In this document: one piece after another, positions 8,835 through 16,554 of the stretch
How the letters are laid out: each line of letters opens with the position of its first letter
Position numbering within the stretch: position 1 is the first letter of the stretch
Assembly (NCBI GenBank): GCA_963675595.2
Contig: CAXXLZ010000002.1
Location: 1,696,001 to 1,760,000, forward strand
Direction: 5' to 3'
DNA: 64,000 bases
DNA from: Thermodesulfobacteriota bacterium
GTDB lineage: Bacteria; Desulfobacterota; Desulfarculia; JACQYL01
Made by a program: the position numbers and the translations under genes
The notes under the pieces: generated by a model
Database searches by the model: none
What the model was told of the DNA's origin: nothing
What the model saw: the letters and a program-made list of their open reading frames with translations, nothing else

Positions 8835-9634
8835 AGCAGATCCTCCCTCTTTGGAAGTTGTTTTTTTAATTCCTCGCGAAACATGCTCACTGCGGTTCTC
8901 ACTCGATATATAGTACACTCAAACCGTTCAGCGGTCTCGCTATAAGTACATTCATCGAAATATATGCTTCTTACAATATCAGCATAATTTCTTGGCATAA
9001 TTTCTAGGACTTTTTCAATACATTTCCGTACGATAGAATCGCGGATATTTCTCTCTATATCATCGTAAATATTATGTTCTTCCGGCAAACCATATCTGTC
9101 ATAAGATGTAGTCTTAAGCTGACCAAGTAAATTATCAATATATGAGTCAATTTCAGATAGTTTATTAAAAAGCTTAGAAAGCGCCTTTTGAAGTTTGGTC
9201 GATATGATTTTATCTTTAGCAATATTTGAAGTCATGTATTTAGTTGTAAGCTTACTGAGTCTCGTTATCCTTTTTTTCAGCTTTGATCTCCTTTTGAATA
9301 TTCTATCTAGTTCAGGCAAATGAACTTCCTTTTTTAGCATATCCACTCTGGAGCTTCTCAAGTGCATGAATATGAATCTTGCGATCGGAGTATCACCTAT
9401 GTATGATATGTAAGTTATTACCCTTATAAATGTCTCCTGGATTATGTCTTTTCTTAAATTTTCGAAGTAAACGTGTCTTGTCCCATCAGGATTATGGGAC
9501 TTCCTGTCATACATTCCATACTTATTTCTGAGGATATAATCGCATTTCCTGTAATAAGTGCTGTAAAGCTCCCCGAAAGCTAACTCATTCCCGGAATTCA
9601 ACGTTTCTACGAAATCCCTTTTGTTGTCAATCAT
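8831..9634 (-). CDS. ECF-type sigma-70 factor with a long basic insertion between regions 2 and 4
   Basis: Region 2-like GNELAFGELYSTY...KDIIQETFIRV...RVDMLKK; region 4-like MPRNYADIVRSIYFDECTYSETAERFECTIYRVRT. Confidence 0.85.
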   Translation of the reverse strand: MIDNKRDFVETLNSGNELAFGELYSTYYRKCDYILRNKYGMYDRKSHNPDGTRHVYFENLRKDIIQETFIRVITYISYIGDTPIARFIFMHLRSSRVDMLKKEVHLPELDRIFKRRSKLKKRITRLSKLTTKYMTSNIAKDKIISTKLQKALSKLFNKLSEIDSYIDNLLGQLKTTSYDRYGLPEEHNIYDDIERNIRDSIVRKCIEKVLEIMPRNYADIVRSIYFDECTYSETAERFECTIYRVRTAVSMFREELKKQLPKREDLL

Positions 9635-9721
9635 GGCGTCGCCTTCGCTTTCATGATTCTGCTCCACGAAATGACACTCAGATTTTTGAGCACGGAGATT
9701 GTTTCTCTCAGATAGAGAAGG

Positions 9722-9750
9722 GGAAGACCACGTTGCGGGCATTCCCGGTG
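9722..9750 (+). promoter_or_regulatory. Candidate regulatory motif, copy B (GGAAGACC-N12-TTCCCGGTG)
   Basis: In the divergent sigma/core-operon intergenic region, 75-103 bp upstream of ATG 9825; boxes identical to copy A. Confidence 0.45.
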
Positions 9751-9824
9751 AAGACCTCGAATGGCCCTCTGCGGTTAGTTATAGCTCGCATCTTTGATTC
9801 GCTGCAATTGGCAAAGGAGACCAC

Positions 9825-10136
9825 ATGGCAAATTTCAGCATTTTCGGCAAAGGCGATCAGGCAGGTCATGTGCAGACCACTCTGAAATCACAGGAACTAC
9901 CTGATGGAACAATCATCTACTTTATCGAGGAATATGTCAAGTTTATTAGCCCTGATGGCGTTTTGCACGAGCAGACGACGATTCAGTTCATCTGCAGTTC
10001 CTGCGGCTCAGGACCTGTGATCGTCGGTCAGACCGGTGCTCTGGTGGACGGCAGACCCGTCTGCGCGAAGTGTTCAGGTTTAGTGAGCGGGACGCTCCGA
10101 CAGGTCAGGTCGTTCTTCCTGAAGCCGGCTGAATAG
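9825..10136 (+). CDS. Small Zn-finger protein (CxxC...CxxC)
   Basis: AAGGAG RBS; CSSC and CAKC pairs; first gene of the + strand element operon. Confidence 0.7.
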   Translation: MANFSIFGKGDQAGHVQTTLKSQELPDGTIIYFIEEYVKFISPDGVLHEQTTIQFICSSCGSGPVIVGQTGALVDGRPVCAKCSGLVSGTLRQVRSFFLKPAE

Positions 10137-10242
10137 GGTTGTTTCTTAGGGTCCGGCATAGCAAAAGTCTCCGATTGCCGGGCCCTGGAGTAAATGCAGC
10201 GGCTTGCGGTTACCTAAACCATCCCTGGTTGGAGGAAAGAAC

Positions 10243-10464
10243 ATGAGATTCAGAGTGCTGGATAACAAGCCTGAGGAAGACTTCGACCCTCTTGAGGAAT
10301 TGACCGAGGCTGAACTCGTGAAGCTTCTGAGCGATGCGGAGAAGCCTTTTGAAGAACACTGGCCCGACGGAACCATTGTCAGGGAAATCCAAGACGACAT
10401 CGAATACCCGGATTCCTTCGTCAATGAGATCAGAGAGGAGATCAAGAAGAAAGCGAGGAAATGA
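10243..10464 (+). CDS. Small acidic hypothetical protein
   Basis: GGAGG RBS before MRFRVLDNKPEED...; ends 15 bp before the ATPase start. Confidence 0.65.
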   Translation: MRFRVLDNKPEEDFDPLEELTEAELVKLLSDAEKPFEEHWPDGTIVREIQDDIEYPDSFVNEIREEIKKKARK

Positions 10465-10479
10465 TTTGATTGAAAGGCA

Positions 10480-12600
10480 ATGCTTCACTTGGAGGTGGGC
10501 GTGGGCTCTGATGAAATCAAACAGGTGCTAGAACTGCTGGACACCGATCTGAAGAATGACCCGTTCTTCGCGAGTCATGTCAGGACTGCAAGGGTCACCA
10601 ATAACTGGGATCATGTTCTGGAATATGTCCGAAAGAACGATCGTTTGATCGGTCAGGTAAGGAACGAGAAAGCGGTTCAGCACCGGTTCAAGGGCCTTTG
10701 CCCCTTCTATCCCTTCCCGGAATCCCAGGATCTTTTGGAGTTCGGCGGAGACCTCAAGTTCGGGGTGGTCAACAACAGCGGCGACTTTTTCTCGATCAAC
10801 CCGGATGACCTTGCCATGCATCTCATGCTGCTCGGAAGAACCGGCGCTGGAAAAAGCTGGTTCATTCTTCATGCCATCGAGCAGCTCTGCAGCATGACCG
10901 GTTTCAATATTGTGCTTCCGGACAGAAAGCAATACTACAGGCGAGCTGTTTCTAAAATCTCCAGACTCAAAGTCCTGCCTTTCGAAAGACTCCTCTTCAA
11001 TCCTCTTCAGGTCCCGGATTGGATGCATCCGAGAGATTTCTGTTTTGTTTGGGCCAAGGCGTTCGTCGCGGACAATCTCCTGGGGCCGCCGACTGAAGGT
11101 CTTCTAAGGCAGGTCATCATGCGGCTTTTTACCGAAAACGGCGTTCTATCTGGAAGCAAGTATTACCCCACGATGAGTGAGCTCTACAAACACCTGGAAA
11201 AGATTCGGAGTTCTCCGAGGAATCCGTTGACCTTCAGGTACCGGGAGTTCTTGGAGTCTGCCTGCAATCGGCTGGAGCCGTATACCTATTTCTTCCAGTT
11301 CAATGAACGGCTCGGAGTCGGCCATGAAATCTTCGAGAACGACCACGTGGTGCTCGAACTTCCTGCGCATAAGCTGTCGAGCCAAATGCACAATTTCATC
11401 ATCAGCCTGATCGTGAACACGCTGTTCGCAAAACGCCAGCAATTCCAGCTCAGGGGAAATCAGCTTCGAACTCTCTTCATCGTGGACGAGGCGTCAAGCT
11501 ATATGAGCGCCAACCGGGAGCATACGGACCTTCAATGGATCGAGCCGGGTGTGAACGACATCGCGCGCATGGGAAGGGAATTCGGAATCGGTCTATGGAT
11601 GTGCAGTCAGGAATCGAAGAGCTTCAATTACGTCTTCAGGGCGAACTGTTTCACCAAAGTCGCGTTTCCGCTCACTGAAGGCCAGGATGTGAAGGATATC
11701 CAGGACAGTTTCGGGCTTTCGAACGAACAAAGGGATTATTTGTACGAACTGCCGAGCAACAGAGTCGCTGTCGTGCGGTACGCAAGATACCCAAAACCCT
11801 TCATCCTGGAGGTGCCTCTTCTGTCAGGCTACGACGACATTCCGGGTGACCGTGATCTTGAAGATGCGATGTCGGATTGGCTTTCCGATGTTGTGCCGAA
11901 AATCAGTCTGGTGCCTGATGTGAGTACTAAGGAAGACACAACAGGTCAGACCGAGGCACCGGGACCAGAGGACCGTGAATGGTCGATCTTTTCATCGGGT
12001 CAGGCTTTGCCCAAGAAAGAGTTGAACGCTCTCCTGATCATCAAAGCGCTTCAGAAAAAGCCCTTCCTGAAGAAGAAGGAACTCTTCGATGAAATCGGCA
12101 TCGGAACAGAAGACGCTGAATCCGCGAGAAGCCGTTTAATCGAACTCGGATACATCGAATCGCACAAAATCGGTCTGAAACCCGGTGCACCGGGTGAGTA
12201 CTCGGAATTGAAATCTCCGGCGTTCGAGAAATTCGGCGGAAGTCCTCCTCCGGGAAGAGGCGGGTTCAGGCATAAGTGCCTCTGCAACTTTGCCCAGGAG
12301 TGTCTTGAAGCTGAAGGATTCAAGACCAGGCTTGAAGGCTCCTTGAAAGGCATGCATGGGGCATTCGATATTCTGGCGGTGAAGGGCAAGGAGAAGATGG
12401 GTTACGAGATCACACTATCGTTCGATAATTTACTCGACAATGTCAGGGACGGCCTTGCATCCGAAGCAACGAAATTGGTGGTGGTCTGCCAAAACAGAGA
12501 GGAATTGGAGCGGGCGAAGGAAATCGTTTCCAAGGAGTATGGTGAAGAAGGTCGATTGGAGTTCAGAACCATCTTCGATTTCTCGAGGAAATCCAAATAA
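10480..12600 (+). CDS. HerA/FtsK/VirB4-like P-loop ATPase with C-terminal wHTH-like and PD-(D/E)xK-like domains
   Basis: Walker A GRTGAGKS, Walker B LFIVDEA, GREFGIGLWMCSQ; C-terminal GGFRHK...EGF...E...FDILAVK....GYEIT. Confidence 0.85.
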   Translation: MLHLEVGVGSDEIKQVLELLDTDLKNDPFFASHVRTARVTNNWDHVLEYVRKNDRLIGQVRNEKAVQHRFKGLCPFYPFPESQDLLEFGGDLKFGVVNNSGDFFSINPDDLAMHLMLLGRTGAGKSWFILHAIEQLCSMTGFNIVLPDRKQYYRRAVSKISRLKVLPFERLLFNPLQVPDWMHPRDFCFVWAKAFVADNLLGPPTEGLLRQVIMRLFTENGVLSGSKYYPTMSELYKHLEKIRSSPRNPLTFRYREFLESACNRLEPYTYFFQFNERLGVGHEIFENDHVVLELPAHKLSSQMHNFIISLIVNTLFAKRQQFQLRGNQLRTLFIVDEASSYMSANREHTDLQWIEPGVNDIARMGREFGIGLWMCSQESKSFNYVFRANCFTKVAFPLTEGQDVKDIQDSFGLSNEQRDYLYELPSNRVAVVRYARYPKPFILEVPLLSGYDDIPGDRDLEDAMSDWLSDVVPKISLVPDVSTKEDTTGQTEAPGPEDREWSIFSSGQALPKKELNALLIIKALQKKPFLKKKELFDEIGIGTEDAESARSRLIELGYIESHKIGLKPGAPGEYSELKSPAFEKFGGSPPPGRGGFRHKCLCNFAQECLEAEGFKTRLEGSLKGMHGAFDILAVKGKEKMGYEITLSFDNLLDNVRDGLASEATKLVVVCQNREELERAKEIVSKEYGEEGRLEFRTIFDFSRKSK

Positions 12601-12711
12601 GGAGTGATCGATTCCGACACACTTCAATGTTCGAGCAGATATTTCTTTTCAGGAGGAGGCGAAGCTGACGAAGTCGCCTGACGCAAAAACTTCTGAATGA
12701 AGGAGCAAGGT

Positions 12712-12927
12712 ATGGGACGTGAGTTTGATCCATCGGACGTTATCGAGATTTCGAATGACTTCATCGAAGAGGAGCTTGACCTCACTCTCGATGACTTAAT
12801 CGACGAGCAAATCCATTTACTCGAAGAGAAAGAGAAGGCTTCAGAGAAGATGAGGGAGATCATTCGTGAGATTGAGGAGCTACCCCAGGATCATTACTGG
12901 GACGATGTCACGAATCGGAAATCATAA
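12712..12927 (+). CDS. Small acidic hypothetical protein
   Basis: AAGGAG RBS before MGREFDPS...; very D/E-rich. Confidence 0.6.
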   Translation: MGREFDPSDVIEISNDFIEEELDLTLDDLIDEQIHLLEEKEKASEKMREIIREIEELPQDHYWDDVTNRKS

Positions 12928-12942
12928 TGAAAGGAGGGGGAA

Positions 12943-13185
12943 ATGCAGGTTAATTGGAGACACGTGCTTTTCGTTTTCCTTCTTCTCCTTCTTGCGTTCT
13001 ATCTCCCAGACCTTCTTCGAACAGTGGCTGAAGTAGTTCGGGAGTTTTCGGATGCGCTGAGTGCTTCGTGGCATGCAGGGTACAGAGGCCGATCTCATAG
13101 TGGCAGTGAAATTGAATCCATAGCCAAACTTGCAGTTATCGGAATCATCATCATAGGTATCATACGATTACTGAAACAGAAATAG
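12943..13185 (+). CDS. Small 2-TM membrane protein (80 aa)
   Basis: AAGGAGG RBS; two hydrophobic helices with a basic C-terminus. Confidence 0.7.
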   Translation: MQVNWRHVLFVFLLLLLAFYLPDLLRTVAEVVREFSDALSASWHAGYRGRSHSGSEIESIAKLAVIGIIIIGIIRLLKQK

Positions 13186-13395
13186 CGATAATAGGAGTCG
13201 TCATGAAAAATAATAAGACATCCCGGCAGTTAAAATTGTTGGAAGTGTGTTCTGGCTTCTACATTTTCTCTTTAATTTGCGTTGTTGGAGAGTGTTGCAC
13301 AGGTATGATCAGTCAATATTCTGACCATTTTTGGAGATGCACCGTAACTTTGTGTCAAGCCCCCAGTTTTTGGTCCAGGAGTTATGAGAGTTTTA

Positions 13396-14307
13396 TCATG
13401 ACTCGCGGTTTTCCATCCCCGGCCCTTGGGGCCACGGCGAAGCCGAGCTGAGCGAGGCGGAGTCGAGGCCCCAAGGGCTCGCCGCGAACTGGGCCGGGGT
13501 CATGTAATTCAATGCACTGTGCGGTCTTTCCTCGTTATAGACTTTCCGCCATTTGGCGGCCAGAGTCTGCGCTTCCTTGATGTTGTTGAAAATTTCCATG
13601 TTCAAGAATTCATCCCGAAAACGGCTGTTGAAACTTTCCACGTACCCGTTCTGCCAAGGGGCTCCCGGCTCGACGAAAAAGGTTCCCACTCCCAGGTCTT
13701 TCAGCCAATTTCTCACCTTTTGGGCTATAAATTCGGGACCGTTATCCGATCGAATGCCCGTTGGAACTCCCCGCTCGCCCATCAATCGGCTCAGCTCGTT
13801 CAAAACGTCTTCACCCGTAATGGAGCGGTTGATCCTCAGGGCCAGGTTTTCCCGAGTAAACTCGTCGACAATGGCCAAGCACTTGAACTGACGGCCGTCG
13901 ACCAAGCGGTCATGAATGAAATCCAACGTCCAGACATCATTTGCAAAAGCCGCCTTACGCTTGTTGCACGCATTGGCATCAACTCCCAGGAAGCGTTTCT
14001 TCTTGGCTTTTCGAGGTACCTTGAATCCTTCCTCTTTCCAAAGTCTATGAATTCGCTTGTAGTTTACCGCCCACCCCGCATCACGCAGCAGCCGAGTGAT
14101 CCTACGGCATCCAAAACGGGGATGTTCTCCAACCAACCGGTGAAGAGCCTTGATCAGTTCCACCTCATCGTCCCGTTCCTTCGGCTCATAACGTTGGGTG
14201 GATCGGTGTTGACCGGCTACGCGGCAGGCCCGACGCTCTGAAGCGGCATGTTCACTTCGAACATAATCAACCGCTTTCCTACGACGCGCCGGGCTTAGAA
14301 GTTTCCC
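13396..14307 (-). CDS. IS3 OrfB (DDE integrase core), expressed by -1 frameshift from OrfA
   Basis: WTLDF, IRSDNGPEF, PWQNGYVESFN; the frame extends upstream as LLSPARRRKAV to the slippery GGGAAAC at 14301-14307. Confidence 0.9.
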   Translation of the reverse strand, partial: GKLLSPARRRKAVDYVRSEHAASERRACRVAGQHRSTQRYEPKERDDEVELIKALHRLVGEHPRFGCRRITRLLRDAGWAVNYKRIHRLWKEEGFKVPRKAKKKRFLGVDANACNKRKAAFANDVWTLDFIHDRLVDGRQFKCLAIVDEFTRENLALRINRSITGEDVLNELSRLMGERGVPTGIRSDNGPEFIAQKVRNWLKDLGVGTFFVEPGAPWQNGYVESFNSRFRDEFLNMEIFNNIKEAQTLAAKWRKVYNEERPHSALNYMTPAQFAASPWGLDSASLSSASPWPQGPGMENRES

Positions 14308-14576
14308 TCCGCAAGATCCTTCAGCATTGCCTTGTCCAACATCAGATCGGCGACCAGCTTTTTTAAGCGTGCATTTTCCTTTTCCAGTTCTTTTAGCCGT
14401 TTGGCCTCCTCAGCCTTCATCCCCCCATACTGGTTTCGCCACCGGTGGTACGTCGCCTCGCTCACCTCCAGCGATTGGCAAACCTGCGCTATCGTCTGCC
14501 CTGCCGTCAGACGACGGTCCGCGTCTTCAAGTTTCCGGATGATTTGCTCCGCGCTGTGTCTCTTTCTCTTGGCCAT
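14295..14576 (-). CDS. IS3 OrfA (HTH)
   Basis: MAKRKRHSAEQIIRKL...YHRWRNQYGGM...LKELEKENARLKKLVADL...GNF. Confidence 0.92.
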   Translation of the reverse strand: MAKRKRHSAEQIIRKLEDADRRLTAGQTIAQVCQSLEVSEATYHRWRNQYGGMKAEEAKRLKELEKENARLKKLVADLMLDKAMLKDLAEGNF

Positions 14577-14764
14577 GCAAAAAGTCTCCTTCCGTTCTTT
14601 GGGCATTCAGACTCTCATTATACATGGACCAATTATCGGGGGGCATTCCATTTGGTCATGTGCGTCTTCGTATTCGTCGGATCATTGTACATCTTATCGA
14701 AGTATATCCAGATTGTTCGAAGAGAAGAAGAGCAGTCGAAATCCTGAAGGGCATTGCTTGACTT

Positions 14765-15151
14765 ATGACCGAGAGTCCTCTAATCCAAACCCCTGAGGAA
14801 GTCGCCAGGTTTCTGAAAAAAAGCCGGAGTTGGGTCTACCGGCATTGGAAGGAACTTGGCGGTCGGAAGCTTGGGGGTTCTCTTCTTTTTCCGTCAAAGG
14901 AGGACCTCTATGAGCGTATTTTTCGTTCAAAACAAAGGCTGGAGGTACAATTTCTACCTCAACAAAAACCGCTACGCAAAAGGATTCTACGCGACGAAGA
15001 ACGAAGCGAGGATAGCGGAATCGAAAAGAAAGGAGGCGATACAAAAGGGACTGCCGGATCCCGAAGAAGAACGAAGGATCGAGATCCGGGAGGAACCGAC
15101 AGTGGCGGCGGAGACGACCCCAACAGGCATGGCCTTCTTGGACCTCGTTAA
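14765..15151 (+). CDS. Excisionase-like HTH protein overlapping the integrase 5' end
   Basis: TPEEVARFLKKSRSWVY...GRKLGGSLLFP; directly upstream of the integrase. Confidence 0.75.
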   Translation: MTESPLIQTPEEVARFLKKSRSWVYRHWKELGGRKLGGSLLFPSKEDLYERIFRSKQRLEVQFLPQQKPLRKRILRDEERSEDSGIEKKGGDTKGTAGSRRRTKDRDPGGTDSGGGDDPNRHGLLGPR

Positions 15152-16070
15152 CCTGAGGCTGGATCATGTGCGGGCTTATAACTCACAGAAGCATTACCTG
15201 GACACGTACTACATCTGCCGGAGGTGGATCAAAGTCTGGGGCAAGCTGATGTGCGAAGATATCAACCGTGACTTGGTACAATCCTATGTTTTTGTTCGTG
15301 CAAAGAAGTCGAACCAGACAGCGAACAAAGACCTCCGGTATCTCAGAGCTCTCTTCAACCACGGCATCAAGAAAGACTGGATCCCGGAAAACCCAACCAA
15401 GGGGATCGATTTCCTTCCAGTCGAAAGAAAGCTCCGGTACGTGCCGCCCAAAGAAGATGTTCTTAAGGTCATCCTGGCTGCGGGGCCTGAGGAACAGGAT
15501 TACCTGTACTGCATCAAAGAAACCATGGGAAGAGTGGGAGAGATCAACCGACTCACCTGGGAGGATGTGGATTTCACGAATCGCTGCGTAGCGCTTTACA
15601 CCAGGAAGAAGAGGGGCGGGAATCTCACTCCCCGGCGGGTTCCGATGACCAACAAGCTCTTCGAAGTGCTTTCCAGGAGATATGCGGCAAGGGACAAGTC
15701 ACAACCCTGGGTTTTCTGGCATACCTGTTGGAGCAGTAAGACCGGTGAGAAGATCGTAGGACCTTACGCAGACCGGAAACGAATGATGCGCACTCTTTGC
15801 AGAAAAGCCGGAGTGAAATACTTCAGGTTTCATGCTCTGAGACATTTCGGAGCATCGGTCCTGGACGGTGCGAATGTGAACATTGGAAGCATCCAGCGTA
15901 TCTTGGGGCATGAACGAAGGACTACAACCGAGATCTACCTGCACAGCATCGGGACCGCGGAAAGGGCCGCGATGGAGGTCTTCGAAGCTGAGACAAACGG
16001 TGAGATTCAAAAAGTGACACACCAAGTGACACACCTGGAGGAGAAGCCCAATAAAAAGAGGGCTAAGTAG
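14910..16070 (+). CDS. Tyrosine recombinase/integrase
   Basis: AAGGAGG RBS; catalytic R (GRVGEI), HALRH, LGH and Y (TTEIYLH); adjacent to tRNA. Confidence 0.95.
   Translation: MSVFFVQNKGWRYNFYLNKNRYAKGFYATKNEARIAESKRKEAIQKGLPDPEEERRIEIREEPTVAAETTPTGMAFLDLVNLRLDHVRAYNSQKHYLDTYYICRRWIKVWGKLMCEDINRDLVQSYVFVRAKKSNQTANKDLRYLRALFNHGIKKDWIPENPTKGIDFLPVERKLRYVPPKEDVLKVILAAGPEEQDYLYCIKETMGRVGEINRLTWEDVDFTNRCVALYTRKKRGGNLTPRRVPMTNKLFEVLSRRYAARDKSQPWVFWHTCWSSKTGEKIVGPYADRKRMMRTLCRKAGVKYFRFHALRHFGASVLDGANVNIGSIQRILGHERRTTTEIYLHSIGTAERAAMEVFEAETNGEIQKVTHQVTHLEEKPNKKRAK
16012..16035 (+). repeat. Tandem 12-bp repeat AAGTGACACACC x2; possible integrase arm-type sites
   Basis: Exact tandem copies ~60 bp from the tRNA 3' end. 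Confidence 0.6.
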
Positions 16071-16092
16071 CCCTCTAACTGTTTGATATCAT

Positions 16093-16168
16093 TGGCGCGC
16101 CCGGCATGATTCGAACATGCGACCTACGGATTCGTAGTCCGGCGCTCTATCCACTGAGCTACGGGCGC
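16093..16168 (-). tRNA. tRNA-Arg (anticodon ACG)
   Basis: GCGCCCGTAGCTCAGTGGATAGAGCGCCGGACTACGAATCCGTAGGTCGCATGTTCGAATCATGCCGGGCGCGCCA folds as a cloverleaf with encoded CCA. Confidence 0.97.
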
Positions 16169-16325
16169 TTGGGTGTCCTTATAATGAATCCGGGATTCCG
16201 AATCAAGCAGAACTTTGACGCCGGGGCAACTTTCGCCCGGCGGTTCAATCAAGGCGCGAAACGCCGACCGGGGGAGAGGCGGGGGCACGGGCCGTTCTCC
16301 CTGCCCCGCATGCCAACCTTTTGTG

Positions 16326-16550
16326 AGTAGTCAGGGGGGTATCCGAAGGAACCCTTTTTGAAAGAAGGGCTCTCCCGGGCTCCTTCCCATACTTTGGGTA
16401 TTTTAACAGGTTGGACGGCACATGCCGCTCGCTTTGCCAATCCCGTACGCGATTCGTAAAAGCGCAACGGGGGTCCGGGGGGCCATGGGTCCCCCGGCGG
16501 GGGTTGCGGGGGACGACTTTCCCGAAAGCCCTTCCCACAAACGCCGGCCC
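16326..16550. repeat. Dispersed intergenic repeat, family 2 (REP/MITE-like)
   Basis: Shares GGGGTATCCGA.GGAACCCTTTTT, TTGGACGG and AACGGGGGTCCG with 19097-19314, and GACTTTCCCGAAAG with 33170-33205; boundaries approximate. Confidence 0.7.
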
Positions 16551-16554
16551 TCTT

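Larger units (their letters stand above)
13353..14650 (-). mobile_element. IS3-family (IS407 group) insertion sequence, 1298 bp, 4-bp target duplication TTTG
   Basis: Ends TG...CA; IRs share GCCCCC..TGGTCCA..ATGAGAGT; TTTG at 13349-13352 and 14651-14654. Confidence 0.95.
13203..14747 (+). pseudogene. 80-aa 2-TM protein gene interrupted by an IS3-family element
   Basis: Removing 13353-14654 joins ...CTVTL (13203-13352) in frame to VMCVFVFVGSLYILSKYIQIVRREEEQSKS* (14655-14747). Confidence 0.8.
1..16092. mobile_element. Integrative element/genomic island at the 3' end of tRNA-Arg(ACG); left end outside window
   Basis: Tyrosine integrase ends 22 bp from the tRNA 3' end; xis-like gene, two IS elements, AT-rich cargo and hypothetical ORFs lie to the left, housekeeping genes to the right. 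No second copy of the tRNA 3' end was seen in the window. Confidence 0.85.

Noticed and set aside
9825-16070. Calling the element a tailed-phage prophage or a classical ICE
   Set aside because: No terminase, portal, capsid, relaxase or T4SS genes are recognisable in the window.
1-16092. Second att site (duplicate of the tRNA-Arg 3' end)
   Set aside because: Not found by eye in the window, so the left boundary is not called.
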